A stretch of 57,323 nucleotides of DNA from an uncultured Clostridia bacterium. Lineage in GTDB: Bacteria > Acidobacteriota > Blastocatellia > UBA7656 > JADIYM01. Both the position numbers and the translations under genes were made by a program. This document shows positions 53,260 through 57,323 of this stretch, one piece after another. The notes under the pieces were generated by a model that saw nothing but the letters and a program-made list of their open reading frames with translations, ran no database searches and was not told the DNA's origin. How positions within the stretch are numbered: the stretch's first letter is position 1; the number at the start of each line of letters is the position of its first letter. The DNA is taken from assembly GCA_964641945.1 (NCBI GenBank), contig CAZXLQ010000002.1, forward strand, positions 1-57,323. Reading direction: 5' to 3'.

Positions 53260-54543
53260 CTACGGACGTCGCGGCGTCTCGCGCATTCGTCCGGCGACGA
53301 TCATCCCAGATGCGAACGTGAGCGCGGCGACGAGCCACATCGCGGCCGAGAGTCCCATTGCGTCGGCCGTCGCGCCCGCGACTATCGCGCCGATCGCGTA
53401 GCCGAGGTCGCGCCAGAGCCGGTAGACGCCAACCGACGACGCCCGCCACGACGGGTGCGCGACGTCGCCGATAGCCGCGAGCAGCGTCGGATATACCATC
53501 GCCGTCCCGAGGCCGAGCAGCGCCGCTGCGGCAGCGAACATTGCGAATCCCGGCGCGACGGCAATTGCCGCGATCGCTCCCGCCTGCACCCACATACCCG
53601 ACGCGATGAGCCATTTGCGCCCCACGCGGTCGGACCAGGCGCCGGTCAGGATCTGCGCGAGGCCCCACGTCGCAGGATAAACCGCCGCAAGCGTTCCGAT
53701 CTGTTCGAGGTTCATTCCCGCTGCAGCGAAGACGAGCGGAAAGAGCCCCCATGCCATGCCGTCGTTGAGGTTGTTGACGAGCCCCGCCTGACTCACGCTC
53801 GAGAGGTTCCGGTCGACGAGCGTCGTGCGCCAGAAGACCTCCCGCTGCGAAGGCATGCCTTCCGGCGGAAGCTCGCCGTGGAGCTTCGATTCGGCATCTG
53901 CGTGGTGCCTCGTCTCGCGGACCACGAAGGCCGAGAGCCCAAGCCCGACCGACACGAAGACCACGCCAAGGTAGAAGGGCTCGGGTCGCAGTCCGTACCC
54001 CGCCGCTACGTAGCCGGTCGCGAGCGCCGCGCCGGCGAGCGCGAAGTAACCGGCGAACTCGTTGAGCCCCATGGCGAGCCCGCGCCGCGCGGGCCCCGCC
54101 AGGTCGATCTTCATGATCACGGTCGTCGACCAAGTGAGCCCCTGGCTCGCCCCGAGCAACACGTTGGCCGCCAGGACCCAGTTCCAGCTCGGCGCCCACA
54201 TCAGCATGAAGGGTACCGGCACGGCGACGAGCCAACCTGCGACAAGGACCGCCTTGCGGCCCACGCGGTCCGATAGCCGACCGGCGACGTAATTGGTCAA
54301 CGCCTTGACGACGCCAAATACGACGATGAACGAGAGGATTGCGGTTCTGGCGGCCAGGTGGAACTCGGTCTCGGCGATCGCCGGCAGGATGCTGCGCTCG
54401 AGCCCGACCATCGCGCCCACGAAGGCATTGACGAGGACGAGCAGGCTGAACTGACCGAGGTTGGCTCGCAGTCCGAGCGCGAGCGGCGACTCGGACGGCA
54501 CCATTCGCGGTTTGACCGTCGCATTCGAGCTATGCCCTCCCAC
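53260..54543 (-). CDS. MFS transporter (12 TM)
   Basis: 427 aa from a GTG start; the exact start is uncertain. Motif A-like sequence is GRLSDRVGRKAVLVAG. It lies 21 nt downstream of the ArsR-rhodanese gene. Confidence 0.8.
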   Translation of the reverse strand: MGGHSSNATVKPRMVPSESPLALGLRANLGQFSLLVLVNAFVGAMVGLERSILPAIAETEFHLAARTAILSFIVVFGVVKALTNYVAGRLSDRVGRKAVLVAGWLVAVPVPFMLMWAPSWNWVLAANVLLGASQGLTWSTTVIMKIDLAGPARRGLAMGLNEFAGYFALAGAALATGYVAAGYGLRPEPFYLGVVFVSVGLGLSAFVVRETRHHADAESKLHGELPPEGMPSQREVFWRTTLVDRNLSSVSQAGLVNNLNDGMAWGLFPLVFAAAGMNLEQIGTLAAVYPATWGLAQILTGAWSDRVGRKWLIASGMWVQAGAIAAIAVAPGFAMFAAAAALLGLGTAMVYPTLLAAIGDVAHPSWRASSVGVYRLWRDLGYAIGAIVAGATADAMGLSAAMWLVAALTFASGMIVAGRMRETPRRP

Positions 54544-54564
54544 GGCTCTCGTACGGCTGGATGA

Positions 54565-55248
54565 TCATCGCTTGACCTCCTCGTCTTCTCTGATCTCGAC
54601 GGGATGCCCTTCGGCGCTCCACTCGGGAAATCCGTCGACGAGACGACGCGCATTGCGCCCTGCGGCCCGCAAGGTCTCGACCGCGCGGTGCGACCAGACG
54701 CAGTAGGGGCCGCGGCAGTAGGCGACGACCTCCTTGCTCCGCGGCAACTCGCCGAGCCGCTCCTCGAGCTCGTCGATGGGAATGGAGACGGCGCCCGGGA
54801 CGTGGCCCGCCTCGAATTCCTCGGAGGGCCGAACGTCGAGGACGACGACGCGCCCCGATCTCGCGCGCTCGAGCAACTCGTGCCTCGGCACGGGCTCAAG
54901 CTCGTCGCGATGGCCGACGTAGGCCGAGACGATGCGGTCGACCTCGGCGAGCCGTCGCTCGGCAAGCGCACGCACCGACTGCAGCAGATCGTAGACGCCT
55001 GGCTCGGCGAGACGGTAGTAGACCCGCAGTCCCTGCTTTCGCGACTCGACGAGCCCTGCCTCGCGCAGAACCTGTAGATGACGCGACCCGTTGGCCACCG
55101 ATAACGAGGCGCGTTCGGCAAGCACCTCGACCGAGCGTTCACCTTGCGCGAGCACGTCGAGCAACTCCAGGCGCGCGGGACTCGCAAGCGCCCCGCCGAC
55201 CCGCGCGAACTGCTCGTACAACCTGTTCTTCAACTCCCGATCGCTCAC
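54565..55248 (-). CDS. ArsR/SmtB-family transcriptional regulator fused to a rhodanese domain
   Basis: GTG start preceded by GAAGGAGGG. The wHTH is LASPARLELLDVLAQGERSVEVLAERASLSVANGSRHLQVLREAGLVESRKQGLRVYYRL. The rhodanese half is VVLDVRPSEEFEAGHVPGAVSIP...VVAYCRGPYCVWS. Confidence 0.85.
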   Translation of the reverse strand: MSDRELKNRLYEQFARVGGALASPARLELLDVLAQGERSVEVLAERASLSVANGSRHLQVLREAGLVESRKQGLRVYYRLAEPGVYDLLQSVRALAERRLAEVDRIVSAYVGHRDELEPVPRHELLERARSGRVVVLDVRPSEEFEAGHVPGAVSIPIDELEERLGELPRSKEVVAYCRGPYCVWSHRAVETLRAAGRNARRLVDGFPEWSAEGHPVEIREDEEVKR

Positions 55249-55266
55249 GAGTTCCCTCCTTCTGAT

Positions 55267-55294
55267 ATTCAAGTAATTCGTTGAATACTTGAAT
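55267..55294. promoter_or_regulatory. Candidate ArsR operator: nested palindrome ATTCAAGTA-N10-TACTTGAAT
   Basis: It sits in an AT-rich patch 19 nt upstream of the ArsR-rhodanese start. The 9-bp arms are exact reverse complements, with an inner TTCAA/TTGAA pair. Confidence 0.45.
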
Positions 55295-55790
55295 TGAGGC
55301 GCTCGTGTCAAGCGAGGGCAGTGCGCACGATCCGCGCAGCACACAACCGATTGCGAGCGGCCTTACAGTCTGTCCGCGAGCAAACCGGACGGCGCGAGTG
55401 CGCGAATCGTCTTCGCCGCACGCGCGCCTCTCGGCTAACCGGCGGCCGTAACGCACCGACCGCGGAGCGGTCGCATCTTCAGTCCCAAAGATAACGTGCG
55501 TCGTAGGCGACACCGGGCTCGTCGAGCATTGAAACCAACTCCTCGTCGCAGGACACGCGCCGGTGGTGCTCCTCAGTGCGACCGCTCCGCGGTCAGTGCG
55601 TGACGGCTGGCGGTTCCCGCGGTCGCCGACCAACGGCTATCCGGAATCGGCATTGACGGCTCGAGGTCGCCCTCAGGGCCGGGTCGTTGCGGCTCGAGGC
55701 CGCATCCGCAACAATCGTCTTCGCGTCGGCACCCGCGAATGACTCCTGTACTGCGCCACTGCCCGACTCGTCGACAGCACTCGTTGCGAT

Positions 55791-57119
55791 ATGAAACCTG
55801 GTGTCCCCTTCGAGAAAACGACCGGCATCGTGGAGGCTCTCCTGGAGATCCGCGAACGCACCCTCGAGCTCGTAGCCGATCTCGACGAGGAGAGGATGCT
55901 CGGTCCCCGGCTTGCGATCGTGAACCCGCCGCTGTGGGAGATCGGTCACGTCGGCTGGTTCCAGGAGTATTGGGTCCTCAGACACACGCGCGGACTCGCC
56001 CCGCTCCTTGCGAGAGGCGACGCCGTCTACAACTCCGCGGTCCTCGCCCACGACGACCGCTGGGATGCCCCCCTGCTCTCGATATCCGAGACGAAGGACT
56101 ACCTCGGTCGCGTCCTCGATCGTGTCGTCCAGGGCTCGGAGCGAGATCGCACGGACGCGGAGCGATATTTCCTCATCCTCGCGCTGCTGCACGAGTGCAT
56201 GCACGCCGAGGCGTTCACCTACACGCGGCAGACCCTCGGTTATGCCGCTCCCCGATTCGTCGATCCACTGATTTCGAGCCAGGTGCACGAGGCCGCCGGC
56301 GAGTCGCTCGGCGACGCCTTTGTCCCTGGAGGGAAGCTCCTTCTTGGCAGCACACGCGTCGAAGGGTTCGTCTTCGACAACGAGCAGTGGGCGCACGAAG
56401 TCCCGATCGAGCCGTTCCGCATCGCTCGAACTGCAACGTCGAACGGCGAGTTCCTGGCCTTCGTCGAAGCAGGAGGCTACCTGACTCGTGAGTACTGGAG
56501 CGACGAAGGCTGGAGGTGGCGAGCGGAAACGAGCGCCGATCATCCGGTGTACTGGCTGCGCTCGGATGGCGAGTGGGTTCGGCGAGAGTTCGACAGACTC
56601 GTTCCGCTCGACGACCGACTCCCGGTCCTTCACGTCAACTGGTACGAAGCCAACGCGTACTGCAGGTGGGCGGGACGCCGCCTCCCGACCGAGGCGGAAT
56701 GGGAGGCCGCGGCAGCCGCCGACGTGTGCCGGGACGGCGCGTCGCTCGACGGTCGAAAGCGCAGGTACCCCTGGGGCGAGGACCCGCCGGACCCGCGCCG
56801 CGCCAACCTCGACTGGCGCGTGGGCGGCACCTTGCCCGTCGACGCGCTCACGGAAGGCGCGAGCGCCGTGGGATGCCGGCAGATGATCGGCAACGTCTGG
56901 GAGTGGACCGCAAGCGATTTCCACCCGTATCCGGGCTTCGAGCCGGGACCGTACAAGGAGTACTCGGCGCCGTGGTTCGGGACGCACAAGGTGCTCCGGG
57001 GCGGGTCGTGGGCGACGTCCTCGCTCGTCGCCCGGCCTGCATACCGGAACTTCTACACCCCGGAACGCCGTGATGTGTGGGCAGGCCTTCGCACCTGCGC
57101 GATCCAGGATTCGCCGTGA
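55791..57119 (+). CDS. EgtB/SenA-family sulfoxide (or selenoxide) synthase: DinB_2 + FGE-sulfatase domains
   Basis: 442 aa. The DinB-like N-terminus is NPPLWEIGHVGWFQEYWVLRH. The FGE/SUMF1 C-terminus has HVNWYEANAYCRWAGRRLPTEAEWEAAA, GNVWEWTASDF and RGGSWAT. Confidence 0.8.
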   Translation: MKPGVPFEKTTGIVEALLEIRERTLELVADLDEERMLGPRLAIVNPPLWEIGHVGWFQEYWVLRHTRGLAPLLARGDAVYNSAVLAHDDRWDAPLLSISETKDYLGRVLDRVVQGSERDRTDAERYFLILALLHECMHAEAFTYTRQTLGYAAPRFVDPLISSQVHEAAGESLGDAFVPGGKLLLGSTRVEGFVFDNEQWAHEVPIEPFRIARTATSNGEFLAFVEAGGYLTREYWSDEGWRWRAETSADHPVYWLRSDGEWVRREFDRLVPLDDRLPVLHVNWYEANAYCRWAGRRLPTEAEWEAAAAADVCRDGASLDGRKRRYPWGEDPPDPRRANLDWRVGGTLPVDALTEGASAVGCRQMIGNVWEWTASDFHPYPGFEPGPYKEYSAPWFGTHKVLRGGSWATSSLVARPAYRNFYTPERRDVWAGLRTCAIQDSP

Positions 57120-57323
57120 GAATCGGACTCGTCACCCCGGCCTCAGCCCGCTCGCGTTTCGGAAACCGCATCACGGCAGAGCGTTGGTCCAGTATCCTGC
57201 GCGAACTCGGGCACCGCGCGACGGTCGCCGAAAGCTACGGCGGCGAGGGGTACGACCTCTTGGTCGCGCTGCACGCCAGGCGCAGCCACGCGGCCGTTCG
57301 GGCCTTTCGACGGCATCGCCCAG
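57116..57323 (+). CDS. 5' part of a glycosyltransferase-like gene (SenB/TIGR04348-like?), running off the window
   Basis: Not in the ORF track. GTG overlaps the upstream stop (GTGA). Translation is VRIGLVTPASARSRFGNRITAERWSSILRELGHRATVAESYGGEGYDLLVALHARRSHAAVRAFRRHRP, with very high GC3. The family assignment is from memory of similar N-termini. Confidence 0.5.
   Translation, partial: MRIGLVTPASARSRFGNRITAERWSSILRELGHRATVAESYGGEGYDLLVALHARRSHAAVRAFRRHRP

Noticed and set aside
55368-55390. GTCTGTCCG-N9-CCGGAC dyad in the ArsR/SenA intergenic region, and similar GTCCG...CGGAC pairs at 43676-98, 21735-56 and 29779-805, considered as a common enhancer motif.
   Set aside because: Five-base inverted repeats with variable spacing are expected by chance in GC-rich DNA. 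Only the longer GTCTG-N4-CAGAC dyads were promoted to a finding.

Overview
GC-rich bacterial chromosomal segment; the taxon cannot be determined from the sequence alone. Almost the whole window is one large copper/heavy-metal homeostasis island. It holds three CusA/CzcA-type RND pumps with periplasmic adaptors, two of which also have TolC-like outer-membrane factors. It also holds a CopB-like P1B ATPase, a TAT-exported multicopper oxidase, two YHS/TRASH mini-proteins, two intact MFS transporters, and a CDF-like transporter without a cytoplasmic domain. Further genes are an LTXXQ (Spy/CpxP/ZraP-like) periplasmic protein, a DUF2318-FtsX-ABC module, an NtrC-type and an OmpR-type two-component system, and an ArsR-rhodanese regulator. 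A GH57 glycosidase sits in the middle. At the right edge an EgtB/SenA-like gene is translationally coupled to a SenB-like glycosyltransferase. No rRNA, tRNA or CRISPR array was seen. Main observations: (1) at least five exact GGCACG-N4-TTGC sigma54 promoters, plus three weaker ones, sit in intergenic DNA correctly oriented in front of the operons, yet only one sigma54 activator gene is present. Two of these promoters share a GTCTG-N4-CAGAC upstream element. (2) There is a decayed mosaic: a Tn3-family transposase fragment, two truncated paralogues of the outer-membrane factor gene (one keeping only promoter and leader), a duplicated MFS fragment, a frameshifted cupredoxin relic and a truncated beta-propeller gene. 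(3) Several proteins are atypical. These are a CBS-pair protein whose 12 cysteines all occur as adjacent pairs, and a P1B ATPase with CPD in place of CPC/CPH plus an SxxD pseudo-HMA domain. There is also an RND adaptor fused to an extra His-tagged Ig-like module that also exists as a stand-alone paralogue, an RND pump with a ~90-aa acidic/His-rich insertion, and a Cys-rich small membrane protein heading an OMF-less RND operon. All functional calls come from reading motifs in the supplied translations. No database search was run.
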